A DNA stretch of 64,000 nucleotides. Origin: Candidatus Hydrogenedentota bacterium (lineage in GTDB: Bacteria > Hydrogenedentota > Hydrogenedentia > Hydrogenedentales > GCA-2746185). The stretch is taken from assembly GCA_046583315.1 (NCBI GenBank), contig JAYGCN010000011.1, forward strand, positions 1 through 64,000. Direction: 5' to 3'. Shown here one piece after another: positions 50,949 through 62,701 of the stretch (positions within the stretch are counted from its first letter, which is position 1; every line of letters starts with the position of its first letter). The position numbers were made by a program, and so were the translations under genes. The notes below the pieces were generated by a model. That model was given only the letters and a program-made list of their open reading frames with translations. It ran no database searches and had not been told where the DNA came from.

Positions 50949-53006
50949 TTACCACCGATAGACGAACTTGCTGAACACACCCTGGCTTTCGATGCCGTTA
51001 CTTTCTTTGATGTCGTTCAGAACGATGTAGAAATCCCAGACACCGACGTCCTCATAGGCAAATAGCAGGGTGCGGTTGTAGCGATCCTCGGAACTCTCTT
51101 CAACGGTCAGTTTCACGCGTCCTTCCCAGGCGAAGGTGTATTCATTGACGCAACGCACCAACCAGATTTCTTCTTCATCGTTGCTGTCTTCGATTTCCTC
51201 AAGGCGATAATCGGCGGTTAGTTCTGTCGTATACCGCTCCCCGATTCTGAACGGTTTTCTTGTGCTGAACTGCTTAAACTTCGTCTCTTGGAATTCACCC
51301 CAGCTATAACTTCCCATGTACGACTTGTACCGATTCTGCATGTTATACCCCATCCAGAAAGTATTGGTGTGATTGTCGTAGGGGTGATGAAAATCCTCCG
51401 TGCGCTGAACGAAAAAATCAATATTACTATCAAAATTTACGAACGACCCCAACTCGAAATCCCGCAGCGTCGTCATACCATCGTGATTCTGATAATACTC
51501 GAACTCCGCTTCTCCACCATAGCGTTCAACCGGACCCGAAACATCGTCCATCACCAAATCGAGCTCGCCGTTGAGTCCTTGAATATCGTCACGTGAAATG
51601 AACCCCAAATCGGGCGAATATCCTTCCGAAATATCGACGAGTTCAATTTCCCAGAAGAGCGGTTTGGTGCCACCCTCCAATTCGGTTACCCATGCGTAAT
51701 CGGAACTCCGAATATCGCCCTGTTCCGTTGCATTGGGATCCGATTGACGCGATTTGTCTTCAAGAAAAGTAGCCTGAGTCGTCCACACCGTGTTCTCGCC
51801 CAACTCCACGCGCGAATCCAGCCCAAACACCGTATTGTCTCCGTCTCGACCTGTCGCATTGATCAACACGCCACCCAATTCGACTTCATCCGTCACGCGC
51901 TGCGTATAACGCGACACCAGAAAGTTTCCGTCACCGGTACTGGTACTCGTCCCCTGAATGTCCAGCGCGGCCAGCGTCCAGTCTTCGCCCGTTCCGGTAA
52001 TCTTGGCACCCACTTCGATATCCGTGATGCGACGACTGTTGTACAAACGAAGCGGTGTTCGAAACAACTCGGCCCCTTCGTTGAAAAACGGGCGGCGTTC
52101 CGGCAAGAATCGCTCTGTATCCCGCAACTCAATCGTGTCGGAGTCCGCTTCCACCTGACCAAAATCCGGGTTCACTGTCACCGTAGTAATCCAGTGTGAA
52201 TTAATACGCAACGAAGCGTCCAGTCCAGCGGATATCCGTGTCGAAGCGTCCTCATCTTTCACCTTCGTGGTGGATACGCTTGCATAGGTCTCAATGTCGG
52301 GATCCGTAACCACCGTCACGTTGGACAAATCCAGACCACGCAACTCGCCATAGCGCTCGGTCCGGCTGGCGATATTGGGGTTGTAACTCCAACGGCTGAA
52401 TTCGTTCGCTTCACGATTGTCCCGGAAAAAATTGACGCCCCATGTTTCAGTTGCTGTTTTGTCGAGATACATGACGCCAATCGGAATCCGCATTTCAGTA
52501 ATCCAGCGATCGGGAAGAATCGTCGTTTCGGCCTCCCAGTCCGCATCCCAAGCAATATTGAACCCGCTCGTACTCGACCGTGCATCCAGCCGCGTACCCA
52601 ATGGATTCACGCCGAATATGTAGGAGCGTCTCTGGTCGTGAAAGGTATCGAAAGTAACCTGCACCTGATCATCTTGAAAAATGCGCGTGCGGTCATATTT
52701 CCTCTCCGTCGCGACCAGCTTCGAGGTGTCCCCGTAAGCGATAATTACGACGTAGAAGTTGTCGTCGTCATAGAGAATACGTGCTTCGGTAGGTATTTTA
52801 GAGTACCCGTCACTGATGCGATCATAGAATTGATCCAGAACCGGCGCCGTGTCCCAAACGGCCTCGTCCATGACACCGTCAATCGTGGGCGGTTCACTCG
52901 CGCGAACCGCTTGCGTATGCCGCTTCGCGTAAGAAACGTCCTGCGCATGCGTCGTCAGGGAAAACACACCCATGGCGATACAGAGGATAAAAATACGTAA
53001 TTTCAT
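50949..53006 (-). CDS. CBM9-like/DUF5916 outer-membrane protein
   Basis: PTIDGVMDEAVW, FDTFHD, TVNPDFGQVEAD, ERRPFFNEG; C-terminal aromatic residue. Confidence 0.85.
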   Translation of the reverse strand: MKLRIFILCIAMGVFSLTTHAQDVSYAKRHTQAVRASEPPTIDGVMDEAVWDTAPVLDQFYDRISDGYSKIPTEARILYDDDNFYVVIIAYGDTSKLVATERKYDRTRIFQDDQVQVTFDTFHDQRRSYIFGVNPLGTRLDARSSTSGFNIAWDADWEAETTILPDRWITEMRIPIGVMYLDKTATETWGVNFFRDNREANEFSRWSYNPNIASRTERYGELRGLDLSNVTVVTDPDIETYASVSTTKVKDEDASTRISAGLDASLRINSHWITTVTVNPDFGQVEADSDTIELRDTERFLPERRPFFNEGAELFRTPLRLYNSRRITDIEVGAKITGTGEDWTLAALDIQGTSTSTGDGNFLVSRYTQRVTDEVELGGVLINATGRDGDNTVFGLDSRVELGENTVWTTQATFLEDKSRQSDPNATEQGDIRSSDYAWVTELEGGTKPLFWEIELVDISEGYSPDLGFISRDDIQGLNGELDLVMDDVSGPVERYGGEAEFEYYQNHDGMTTLRDFELGSFVNFDSNIDFFVQRTEDFHHPYDNHTNTFWMGYNMQNRYKSYMGSYSWGEFQETKFKQFSTRKPFRIGERYTTELTADYRLEEIEDSNDEEEIWLVRCVNEYTFAWEGRVKLTVEESSEDRYNRTLLFAYEDVGVWDFYIVLNDIKESNGIESQGVFSKFVYRW

Positions 53007-53312
53007 GAAATCTCGCGGCTGGTTATGAGAAACGGCTCGGTAAGCCGGGTAATGGTCTTCTTTTGACTGCGGTAACACCAAAATCGTTGCGTTGCATGCC
53101 TTCGCAACTCGATTTCCCCCAAGTAACGATTCAGGAGTATACCTTTCTCACAGTTTTTGTCCATTTGCAACGTAAATTCTCGTGTCCGATAGTCGCCCGT
53201 CGCGACGAGTTGACTCTCAACAACCGGAATCCTGTATACTACTCGCTCATCAGTACGCATAATCCGGTCTGATCGATAGAGCCAAGGCCAGAGACGATAA
53301 GGAGAGTCACCC

Positions 53313-53633
53313 ATGAGCAATGCCGCTGAAATAACTGTTGCCAATTTTGAAGAAATGACCAAAGAAGGCGTTACCCTTCTCGATTTTTGGGCTGAATGGT
53401 GTGGCCCTTGTAAGATGATAGCCCCGATGATCGATGAACTCGGTGTTGAATTTGAGGGCACGGCAAGAATCGGTAAAATCAACATTGATAACGAAGCCGA
53501 CCTCGCAGCGCGTTACAACGTCTCCAGCATCCCTACATTGCTCATCATGAAAGACGGCGAAGAAGCCAGTCGTTTCATTGGTGTTACGGCCAAGGCCGAG
53601 CTGGCCGATGCCATCACAAAGGCTACAGCCTGA
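53313..53633 (+). CDS. trxA: Thioredoxin
   Basis: DFWAEWCGPCK, SIPT. Confidence 0.96.
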   Translation: MSNAAEITVANFEEMTKEGVTLLDFWAEWCGPCKMIAPMIDELGVEFEGTARIGKINIDNEADLAARYNVSSIPTLLIMKDGEEASRFIGVTAKAELADAITKATA

Positions 53634-53683
53634 CCCCGGTAGGTTTTCTGACGTTCCACCAAGTGTAATTTACTGAATCCTGC

Positions 53684-53717
53684 CAAGGGCCGACTTCCAT
53701 TTGTCGGCCCTTGTTTT
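53684..53717 (+). terminator. Rho-independent terminator after trxA
   Basis: CAAGGGCCGAC-N8-GTCGGCCCTTG-TTTT. Confidence 0.7.
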
Positions 53718-53760
53718 GTGTCAACCCCCAAACCCGATCAACAGGGAGTATCTCTGAATC

Positions 53761-54765
53761 ATGTCCGAGAAAGTCGTCGCCATCGCCGGAGCCACCGGGC
53801 TCGTCGGCCAACAAATCCTGCGCACCCTGGAATCGCGCAATTTTCCCGTGAAAGCGCTCAAACCCCTCGCGTCCGCACGATCCATTGGCAAGACAGTGAC
53901 CTTCAAAGGCGAAAAAATCCCGGTTGAAGTGCTTTCCGAAGACTCTTTCAAGGGTGTGGACATTGCCCTGTTCAGCGCAGGCGGCGGTACGAGCAAAAAA
54001 TTCGCTCCATGTGCAGCTGCGGACGGATGTGTGGTCGTGGATAACTCCTCGGCGTGGCGTATGGATCCGAAAGTGCCACTGGTCGTGCCGGAAGTGAACC
54101 CGCACGACGTGGAATGGCACGAAGGCATCATTGCCAACCCGAATTGCTCCACCATTCAGATGGTTGTCGTGCTTCATCCGCTGCACAAGGCCGCGACCAT
54201 CAAACGCGTCGTCGTCTCCACCTACCAGGCCGTGTCCGGTGCGGGTGTCAATGCGCTAAAGGAAATGGAAGATCAAATGCGCGCGATTCTGGCTGGTGAA
54301 GAACCCAAATGCGACCTCTTTCCGCACCCCATCGCGTTCAATGTCATTCCCCAAATACCCGGTAGCGATGCCTTCGTCGACAACGGATACACCACCGAAG
54401 AAATGAAGATGGTCAACGAGACCCAGAAAATTATGGGAGACGATTCCATTCGCGTGACCGCCACCACCGTGCGCGTACCGGTGCATACGGGCCACAGCGA
54501 GGCGGTAAATGTCGAAACCGAGAAGAAGCTGACCGCCGACGAAGCGCGCGAGATTCTGAGTCAGGCTCCCGGCGTCATCGTGAAGGACAATCCAGCGGCC
54601 CAGGAATATCCACTGGCACTCGATGCCCACGGACTGGGCGATACCTTCGTGGGTCGAATTCGCGAAGACCTGTCCCATCCCTCAGCACTCGACATGTGGA
54701 TCGTCTCGGACAACCTGCTTAAAGGCGCGGCCTACAACGCTGTGCAAATCGCCGAGCTGCTCTAG
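53761..54765 (+). CDS. asd: Aspartate-semialdehyde dehydrogenase
   Basis: GATGLVG, DNSSAWRM, NPNCST, STYQAVSGAG, DNLLKGAA. Confidence 0.97.
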   Translation: MSEKVVAIAGATGLVGQQILRTLESRNFPVKALKPLASARSIGKTVTFKGEKIPVEVLSEDSFKGVDIALFSAGGGTSKKFAPCAAADGCVVVDNSSAWRMDPKVPLVVPEVNPHDVEWHEGIIANPNCSTIQMVVVLHPLHKAATIKRVVVSTYQAVSGAGVNALKEMEDQMRAILAGEEPKCDLFPHPIAFNVIPQIPGSDAFVDNGYTTEEMKMVNETQKIMGDDSIRVTATTVRVPVHTGHSEAVNVETEKKLTADEAREILSQAPGVIVKDNPAAQEYPLALDAHGLGDTFVGRIREDLSHPSALDMWIVSDNLLKGAAYNAVQIAELL

Positions 54766-54768
54766 GAA

Positions 54769-56514
54769 TTATTCGGCACCATCCGTTTTGGGTCGTAATA
54801 TCGCGTAGGTCGGCAAGCCGATACCGTCGAAGCGTTTGAGCACTTCCTTGGTTGGCGACACTTCAAGATCTTCGGACTGATACTTCACCTTCACGTAGTC
54901 CTCGAGGGCAGCCGTGACACCGGCATCTTTCAAAGTCGTTTTATCCATCACAAAACAATTCTTGCACCAGCTCGCCCACATGTCGACCAGCACCAGCGAA
55001 TCATCTTCGAGTGCTTGTTCCAGACCAGCGGTCAAACTCGGTGTCCAGCCGTCTTCAAGCAACTCTTGCACGCTTCCCGCGACCGCCCCTTCTTCGACGT
55101 TGCGGCTATCAAGAATCTCATAAGCCAGATACGCATAGTATGCGGCGAATCCAAGAATGAATACGCCCATGCCCTGTTTCACACGCACCATCCACGCGCC
55201 AGGCTTGGGCATAATCGACATACCACCACCGGCCAGCGGCCAGGGAATCGCCATGCCGAGTCCCAAAAAGAACGGCAACGCGAGCGCAACCGTATTTCCT
55301 TTAGCATACAGGTCGCTCGAGAATACGATCACCTGAATCACGATGGGTGCCACACACGCGCCAGCCAGCAAGGCCGAGATACCGCCCATTCCAAAGGCGA
55401 GCGGCAGGCTGCCTTTTTTGCCCTTGTTGGCCAGATTAAACTTCGTCTGGAATTTCGTGAAATCAATCTGAATCACATCAAACATCGCGAGGCCCAACAC
55501 AACAAAGAGGATCGCGATTCCGATGTTAAACCATGGCGAGGCGTTGATCGTGCCGAAGGTGCCAGCCGTCAATATGACGATCAATCCGAGCAATCCATAG
55601 ACCACCGCCATCGCAGCACCGTAAGCACCACCCAGGGCAAAGCCCCGCACGCGCGACTCGGATTGTGCGCCGGCACCGATGATGGCCAAATTGATAGGAA
55701 TCAGCGGCAATACGCACGGTGTCATGTTCAGGGCCAAGCCGCCAATAAGCACAAGCAACACGATGGCGATCGGGCCTCTTCCCGCGAATAAGCCCTCGCG
55801 AACCACTCCCGCTTCAGCATCATCAATGAACTGCATGAAATCGTCCGGCGGCATGTTTCCGCCCGTGGTACCGATCACGTCAAAGCGATCGAGCAAGGCC
55901 ATCACGTCGCCCTCTTCAGCAACAGCGACATCTGACTCTATTTCCGGCTCCGTCGCGGCGACCTTGACGGCTTCGCCCGTACCGCCAGCAAAGATAAGTC
56001 CCGCGAAGATCGCCTCGTGCTGTTTGGTCAATGCCGTATCCGAGGACACAACCGTCAGCGTCGCTTCCAGTTCCAGCGTCATGGGTTGCAAACAGGTCGT
56101 ATCATTACAGGCTTGATAGCGCAGGCTCACGTTCAAGGGATAATCCCCGGCAGCAACGGAATCGCCCACATCAAGCGCGACGCCCATAACAAATTCTTCT
56201 TCGTACACAGCCATTGGAGTCGGCGAACCGCCCGTTATCACTTCAATCGCTTGGGGATAAACAACTTCTGACGCGGCCACGCCTTCCGGCCCTTCAACCG
56301 TCAATACGGTGGCAATCAGAAAACTTTCCAACGGTTTGTTCGAGTTCACGTGGTACCCGTGCTCGAGACTCACCGTGACGGCCAGATGATGGGTCGCGCC
56401 CGGATGCGCCGCTTGCGTATCCTGCAACAAATCCGTATCCACACGAATGCCCTGCGCCAATGCGACAAAGGGAAGTAGAAAAATGGCGACAAGTGCCAAA
56501 TAAGTCCGATACAT
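54769..56514 (-). CDS. dsbD: DsbD-like thiol:disulfide interchange protein
   Basis: YQACNDTTC (alpha), TPCVLP and ACVAP (beta), WCKNC (gamma). Confidence 0.85.
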   Translation of the reverse strand: MYRTYLALVAIFLLPFVALAQGIRVDTDLLQDTQAAHPGATHHLAVTVSLEHGYHVNSNKPLESFLIATVLTVEGPEGVAASEVVYPQAIEVITGGSPTPMAVYEEEFVMGVALDVGDSVAAGDYPLNVSLRYQACNDTTCLQPMTLELEATLTVVSSDTALTKQHEAIFAGLIFAGGTGEAVKVAATEPEIESDVAVAEEGDVMALLDRFDVIGTTGGNMPPDDFMQFIDDAEAGVVREGLFAGRGPIAIVLLVLIGGLALNMTPCVLPLIPINLAIIGAGAQSESRVRGFALGGAYGAAMAVVYGLLGLIVILTAGTFGTINASPWFNIGIAILFVVLGLAMFDVIQIDFTKFQTKFNLANKGKKGSLPLAFGMGGISALLAGACVAPIVIQVIVFSSDLYAKGNTVALALPFFLGLGMAIPWPLAGGGMSIMPKPGAWMVRVKQGMGVFILGFAAYYAYLAYEILDSRNVEEGAVAGSVQELLEDGWTPSLTAGLEQALEDDSLVLVDMWASWCKNCFVMDKTTLKDAGVTAALEDYVKVKYQSEDLEVSPTKEVLKRFDGIGLPTYAILRPKTDGAE

Positions 56515-56517
56515 CGA

Positions 56518-58782
56518 TTATTCTCCCGGGTTCAAGTCCAACTGTTTCGCCAATGCTTCCGGCGTATCCACAGGCTTCTTACAGGCAAAATCCTTGCACA
56601 CATAAGCGGTAGCCTTGTTGTTGATCATTGTTTTGTTGGCCAGTAGCGGAATAATCGCTGCCGTCTCCACAGCCGATGCGTCCGCAGGATCTACCTGAGC
56701 AACAATCTTGTTCGGAATAAAATTCCCACGCACCGTGACCAGCAATTTGGTGGTGCCTGCGTCAGCCAAGGGACCCGCCAGTGCAATCTCCCGTGGTGGA
56801 TACACCATGAAATCAACCGCACACATCAATCGCATAAATCCAAGCGGATGCTCATTCAAATAAGGATAGTTATTCATTATGATTCGACTCGCCATGTCGT
56901 AATCTTCAGCCGAGTCGGTAAACTTCGCGAGACGCAACAAGCCGTAGGCCGCCATGGAGTTGCCGGACGGCGTGGCGTTGTCCTGTGACGTACTCGTGCG
57001 CACGATGAGATGTTTGTGTTCCAGCGAGGTGAAGTAAAACTGGCCCACTTCTTCGTCCCAGAATTTTTCGGTCATGCCGATCGCCAGTTCCTGCGCCGCC
57101 TGAATCCAACGCGTATCAAAGGTCGCTTCATACACGTCCAACAAGGCGACTATCATAAATGCATAGTCATCCAGATACGCCGGAATGCGACTCGTACCCT
57201 TGCGATGGGTTCGCAACAGTTCACCGTCCTCAATCATATCGTTCAGAATAAAGTCTGCTGCTTCTACCGCAGCATCCCGGTACGCCTCGTCCCCCAGCAC
57301 CTGATACCCCTGCGCAAATGCGGAAATCATCAGCGCGTTCCACGAGGTCAATACTTTGTCATCCAAACCCGGCCGTACACGTTTGCTACGCACCTCCAGC
57401 AGCTTGGCTTTCAGTTCTGCCATCTTCTCGGATAGATCGGCTTCGGAAATCTGCAGTATCTTCGCAACCGCCTCATCGGAAATCGGCGTATGCAGAATAT
57501 TGAGGCCTTCGTGATAACTCTCTTGCGACGAAAAATTCCCATCGGCTTTCACGTTGTAATAGGTACAGAATAGTTTCGCATCGGCCTTGCCCAGATATCC
57601 ATCCAGCTCCGTGCGGTCCCAAATGTAGAATTTCCCTTCTTCGCCTTCACTGTCGGCATCTTCGGCACTGTGAAATCCACCGCGTTCATCACGCATGTCT
57701 CGTAAAATATAGGTGAAGGTCTCATCCACGACGCGACGGTAATCCTCGTTGCCCGTCAACTGATAGGCTTCCAGATACACCTGCGCCAACTGCGCGTTGT
57801 CATACAACATCTTCTCGAAATGCGGCACCAACCACTCGTCATCGGTCGAGTACCGCGCGAATCCACCGCCCAGATGATCGTACATGCCGCCGTCAGACAT
57901 CTTGTCCAGCGTCAACGTCGCCATATGCAGCAAGTCCGCGTCCTTCGTACGATTGTATTCGCGCAACACCATGGCAATGCTGGACGACGACGGGAATTTC
58001 GGGGCCTGACCAAATCCTCCTTCGTATCGATCAAAGTTCGATGCCAGTTGCGCGACCGCATTCGTAATAAGCTGCGGTGTAGGTTCACCTTCGCCTCCTA
58101 TGTCCGATGCCAGTATCGCGTTCATGTGGGTCGTCAGCTTTTCCGACGATTCCAGAATCTGCTCGTGTTTCGTATCCCAGGAATCCGCAATACCCGCGAG
58201 AATCGTCATGAAACCCGGTCGCCCGAACTTACTCTCTTTAGGGAAATAGGTACCGCCCCAGAAGGGTTTCAATTCGGGCGTGATAAACACACTCATCGGC
58301 CAGCCACCCTGCCCCGTCATCGCCTGCACGGCGGCCATATAAATCTCATCGATATCCGGACGTTCTTCGCGGTCCACTTTGATGCTGATAAAGTGTTCAT
58401 TCAGCAGCGCGGCGACTTCGTCGTCTTCAAACGACTCGTGCTCCATCACGTGGCACCAATGACACGATGAATACCCCACCGACAGGAAGATAGGCTTGTT
58501 CTCCGCCTTCGCTTTTTCGAGGGCCTCATCACCCCAGGGATACCAGTCCACCGGATTATGGGCATGTTGCAAAAGGTACGGACTCGTTTCGTTTACAAGA
58601 CGATTCGTGTGCTTGTGGACTTCAGTGGGCGTGGCCACGGGTGTCGGCTCCTTGTTGGACGTCGGCTTCGGCTCGGCGTCTTGGGCACAGGATAGATTCA
58701 CAAAGCTCAAAACAGCAACCAGCAGTACTCCCGGGACGGTGCGGATGATTGGGCGCACCATTCCATCTATGACTCGAATCAT
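56518..58782 (-). CDS. Thioredoxin-domain YyaL/SSP411 (DUF255) family protein with an export signal
   Basis: [42 protein letters not shown]. Confidence 0.92.
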   Translation of the reverse strand: MIRVIDGMVRPIIRTVPGVLLVAVLSFVNLSCAQDAEPKPTSNKEPTPVATPTEVHKHTNRLVNETSPYLLQHAHNPVDWYPWGDEALEKAKAENKPIFLSVGYSSCHWCHVMEHESFEDDEVAALLNEHFISIKVDREERPDIDEIYMAAVQAMTGQGGWPMSVFITPELKPFWGGTYFPKESKFGRPGFMTILAGIADSWDTKHEQILESSEKLTTHMNAILASDIGGEGEPTPQLITNAVAQLASNFDRYEGGFGQAPKFPSSSSIAMVLREYNRTKDADLLHMATLTLDKMSDGGMYDHLGGGFARYSTDDEWLVPHFEKMLYDNAQLAQVYLEAYQLTGNEDYRRVVDETFTYILRDMRDERGGFHSAEDADSEGEEGKFYIWDRTELDGYLGKADAKLFCTYYNVKADGNFSSQESYHEGLNILHTPISDEAVAKILQISEADLSEKMAELKAKLLEVRSKRVRPGLDDKVLTSWNALMISAFAQGYQVLGDEAYRDAAVEAADFILNDMIEDGELLRTHRKGTSRIPAYLDDYAFMIVALLDVYEATFDTRWIQAAQELAIGMTEKFWDEEVGQFYFTSLEHKHLIVRTSTSQDNATPSGNSMAAYGLLRLAKFTDSAEDYDMASRIIMNNYPYLNEHPLGFMRLMCAVDFMVYPPREIALAGPLADAGTTKLLVTVRGNFIPNKIVAQVDPADASAVETAAIIPLLANKTMINNKATAYVCKDFACKKPVDTPEALAKQLDLNPGE

Positions 58783-58940
58783 CTGCGGGCTCCTGGTTGC
58801 AGTCAGCTACGGGGAATTGTAACACGCGGCCATGCGGTCTTCCCACATTGCATCCATTCGCGGCAACCACCATTCGATGTCAGATCACGCGCTCAAGAGG
58901 CTGCTGGCAACTCCATTTCAGGCGGAATTTCGGGGGAATC

Positions 58941-59546
58941 TTACGGCGTTTCGATTTCGGTCACACCGGACTCTACCGGTTTCGGCGAACGCACAGGCGC
59001 CGCTTCCACCGACACTTCGTCAGCAGCCTCAACAAATGTTTCCGGTTTCTCCTGCAGTTCTGACTCCAGAGAGGTCAACAGCGATTCAATCTCCGCAGAC
59101 GTCTGTGATTCTATTGAATCCGCATCCGTATCATCGGACGAGGCTTCCTCCTCCACCGGGACTTCGGTTATGCCCGAAATAAGATCTTCAAGATCCGACA
59201 CCGCCGCGCTCGTGGATGACGGTTCAACCGCCTGATCATCCACAATCACCTCATCACGAACGGTTATCGTGCCCGGATCCATGTCCGAGTCGACATCGCC
59301 AACACCCTCTTCAAAAAAACTGACCAATGCGTCTGGGCGCAGGTTCTCTTCGGTGTAATCCATGGGATCGGAGACACCCAAATCAACGGACACGGGCGTG
59401 GTGAGCCCCGACATGTTAATAAAATCGAGATCACTGTCTACCAGAATAGCACCAGCACCACTATCAAGGCGACCATCTGCATACTCCTCATCCATGTAGG
59501 ATGCGCCCCCCTCGTCCGCCGATGTTTGGGATTCTTCGTCTGTCAT
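58941..59546 (-). CDS. Highly acidic hypothetical protein, possibly truncated
   Basis: D/E-rich 201-aa ORF directly downstream of the ExeA-like gene. Confidence 0.6.
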   Translation of the reverse strand: MTDEESQTSADEGGASYMDEEYADGRLDSGAGAILVDSDLDFINMSGLTTPVSVDLGVSDPMDYTEENLRPDALVSFFEEGVGDVDSDMDPGTITVRDEVIVDDQAVEPSSTSAAVSDLEDLISGITEVPVEEEASSDDTDADSIESQTSAEIESLLTSLESELQEKPETFVEAADEVSVEAAPVRSPKPVESGVTEIETP

Positions 59547-59558
59547 AATGCAATGTGT

Positions 59559-60602
59559 TTAACGGCCCCTTGCTTGATCCATATTGGCTTTCAGCAATAA
59601 TTCATTGGCTCTGTTGCTATTGGTGCGCACTACCGTGGCCGGAACTATCGTATCGTCCAACGCACGCCTTTCAGAGGTCACAACGGGCATGGCATCCGGT
59701 GTCGCTGATTCCAATGCGCGCGACTCGGCCTCAACCAAGCTCCCACGAGCCAACGCAATCTTACGCGAATTCGGCAAAGTCGTCTTGTCGATCGTCTGCA
59801 CAATAACATCGCGATCAATAACTGATTTCTTGGTCTGCGTTGCGAACATGAGTGCATTGCGACATAAGGTCACAATCACACGCGGATTACCCTCAGAAAA
59901 CGTATGAATCAACTGAATCGCGTCTGATTGAAACGAAGGCGTACTGCCCGGTGTCGCCCCGGCCCGACTCAATCGAAACTCAATGAATTGCGCAACCTCT
60001 TCCACCGTCAATACTTCAAGCGTATAGGTCATATTTACACGCTGCTCAAAATTGGGTGCCGCCTGCAACACGCGCGCCCACTCCAACTGCGCAAACAAAA
60101 CCAGGTTCAGCAATTTGTGCTGCGGGGTCTCCAGATTCTGCGCCAAACGCAAGAGCTCCAATTGCCCCCGCTTATTCAAGTTCTGCGCGTCATCAATGAT
60201 CAACGTGTTCACCCGATCACGATTCACAATCAAGTACCGATTCAACGATTCCATATACGAGGCGAAAGATCGTTTCTCCGGCGACAAACGAAACTGCTGA
60301 ATGATCGCTTCCAACAACGAGAAACTCGTCCACGAAGGAATCGGCGATCCGATCACCGCCGTGTTGTACTTTTCAGGATCCGTTGCCATGCCCGTCATCA
60401 ATTTTCGTAGCAAGGTCGTTTTGCCCGTGCCGTAATTCCCGAGTACAACCGCAATGCCGTGCCGCTCGTCAATCGTGGACCACAATTGAAAAAGACACGT
60501 CTTGTGATCACGCGACGCATAGAAATAATCCGGGTCAGCCGTTGGCGCAAAGGGTTGCTCAGTCAGGCCGAAGCCTTTTAGATGTACATTGACATCATCC
60601 AT
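59559..60602 (-). CDS. ExeA/GspA-like AAA ATPase
   Basis: FGLTEQPFAPTADP, GNYGTGKTT, IIDDAQNL, SEGNPRVI. Confidence 0.9.
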   Translation of the reverse strand: MDDVNVHLKGFGLTEQPFAPTADPDYFYASRDHKTCLFQLWSTIDERHGIAVVLGNYGTGKTTLLRKLMTGMATDPEKYNTAVIGSPIPSWTSFSLLEAIIQQFRLSPEKRSFASYMESLNRYLIVNRDRVNTLIIDDAQNLNKRGQLELLRLAQNLETPQHKLLNLVLFAQLEWARVLQAAPNFEQRVNMTYTLEVLTVEEVAQFIEFRLSRAGATPGSTPSFQSDAIQLIHTFSEGNPRVIVTLCRNALMFATQTKKSVIDRDVIVQTIDKTTLPNSRKIALARGSLVEAESRALESATPDAMPVVTSERRALDDTIVPATVVRTNSNRANELLLKANMDQARGR

Positions 60603-61125
60603 ACCGCATCGATCTCCTCACCACCGGTGATACCGCTCGACACGATTGTTCCCCCGAATACTCAGTACGAATAGTACACATTTCGCGCATCAACGTATTG
60701 GACTACAGCCTTGCGAACCCGTGCCTAGCGAATTCGATCAACACTGTATCTAAAGAACAAAAGACTGTCAAGCGCACGACGTGTCTAAATTCACAATTTG
60801 CTAACTACTAAAGGTTATATTTTATACACAATATGTAATCTATTCGGTACTTATCGACTAAAATCATCAAATCACTCGCGATCAAACTAGTCAGCCGAAT
60901 ACCATGCTCCACCAGACCTGACTGCATCAGCTCTATTTCCACCGAACTCTCAATCAGAACCACAATTCGGCCAACGATGAAAATTACACCTTTCCACAGA
61001 TATCGACATTCGATCGCAATGTTGACCGGCAAAGATGTAACTCGTTAAAGTGGCGGATTCCCATTGAACTGTGTGTTCTGTCATGAGCGACGAACCCACG
61101 TACAAATGGCATTTTCGGAGATTTT

Positions 61126-62623
61126 ATGCAAACCAACAATCGGTTCGTTGTCGTGCTACTTGTCGCTGTAATTGGAATCTCGGGGTATCTCGCCATCCGA
61201 TTCTCCGGGCGAGGCGAACTACCAGAGGAACTCAAAGAAACGATTGTTCCAGCAGTCAATGTTGTCGACTCACTTCCACACCTACCGAGATTTGAAGTTC
61301 GGCGAAAGAGCCAAAGCCTATGTGGATAGTGTTACCGTACGCGACCGCTACACCATATCGCGACCCTATGCGAAATGGGTGACCGTTCTACATGAAGATC
61401 GCGACTTTGCCGCTATCCAGGTGAAAGCGGATGCACTTTTGGTAGCGAGTATCGACGGAGTGGCGGCGAATGAATATGCAGCATTCGTGAATCGCCTGGA
61501 AGATATCCCGGCTCAGACGAAAAACGAGCAGGTCGAGCAAACCTATGCCGATTGGATCCAAAGCGACCCGGAAAGTGCACTTCCTTTCCTCGTTCGGGGC
61601 CAGTACTACATTGATCGGGCGTGGGAGGCACGCGGCACTGGATTCTCGGATACCGTATCTGAGGAACAATTTGAGCTGCTTTTCAATTGGCTCGGCAAAG
61701 CGCGCGTGGACCTTGAGCGAGCCTATAAAATGAACCCGAAGGACCCCGCATCATCCACGCATTTGATTGTTGTGGCCATGGGATCGCAACTTGGTAAAGA
61801 AATTGAGCAACGTTACTTCTCGAATGCAATTGAGTCGATGGCCTATTACGTATCGGCCTACAGCGCGATGCTCAGCTGTCTGCAACCAAAATGGGGCGGC
61901 TCAAGGGAATCGGCTAAAAATTTCGTCGAGACCTCCTTGGAACAGTTCGATACGAATCCGATGATTGTTACCATTCAGGACAGTCTCCTGTACCAGCAAC
62001 GGCATTATGAAGACGGCTCTGAGGACATTTTGAAGCGCCTTGATGTCGCGCAAGATATGATATCGAAATATCGCATCTTGCGAGACCTTTATCCGACTCA
62101 CAAAGGAATCAATCTAAAGTGCTTTATATGGGCACGAAGGGTGGACGACTATAAGCTTCAATTCGACGCTGCCAGCACGATAGGCGACACCTATATTTAT
62201 TCAACATCTTTCAAGTCTCTGGAAAGTTATCACTACGGTCGAATCAATGCCATCCGCAATTACGCCAAGACGACGGAAGGTGAAGAACGCATTCGCCTCT
62301 ACAAAGAATTGATCGAGATGGCTCCTAAATGGCCAACGCCCCTGTCCGATATCGGTGGAGTTTTTTGGAATGACGGAAACAAGGAACAAGCTTTTCGCTA
62401 TTACGAGAATGCCGCACAACTGGGTTCCAATTATTTCTGGATGTATCGGACATTGGCCCGGGAAGCTATGCGAACCAGACGTTACGAAGATGCGCTAAAG
62501 TATATCGAACGAGGCGAACCGCTCATCAAGAAAGACATCGATCGACAGCGGTTCTCTATTCTTCGTAGTGAAACCGAAAAAGCCATCGAGCGCGAACGAA
62601 GCCGCGCTGGACTTAGGAAATAG
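61126..62623 (+). pseudogene. Membrane-anchored DUF4034/TPR protein with an apparent frameshift near 61280
   Basis: TM anchor in ORF 61126..61329; body (AWEARGTG, PKWGGS, TPRs) in the +1 frame ORF 61172..62623. Confidence 0.7.
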
Positions 62624-62701
62624 AGAATGCGCAATCGTTATGCCACGTCCGATTTCCTGCTCCCATTGCATCCCCGTCGCAGCTAGCCGTATACTCTCCT
62701 G

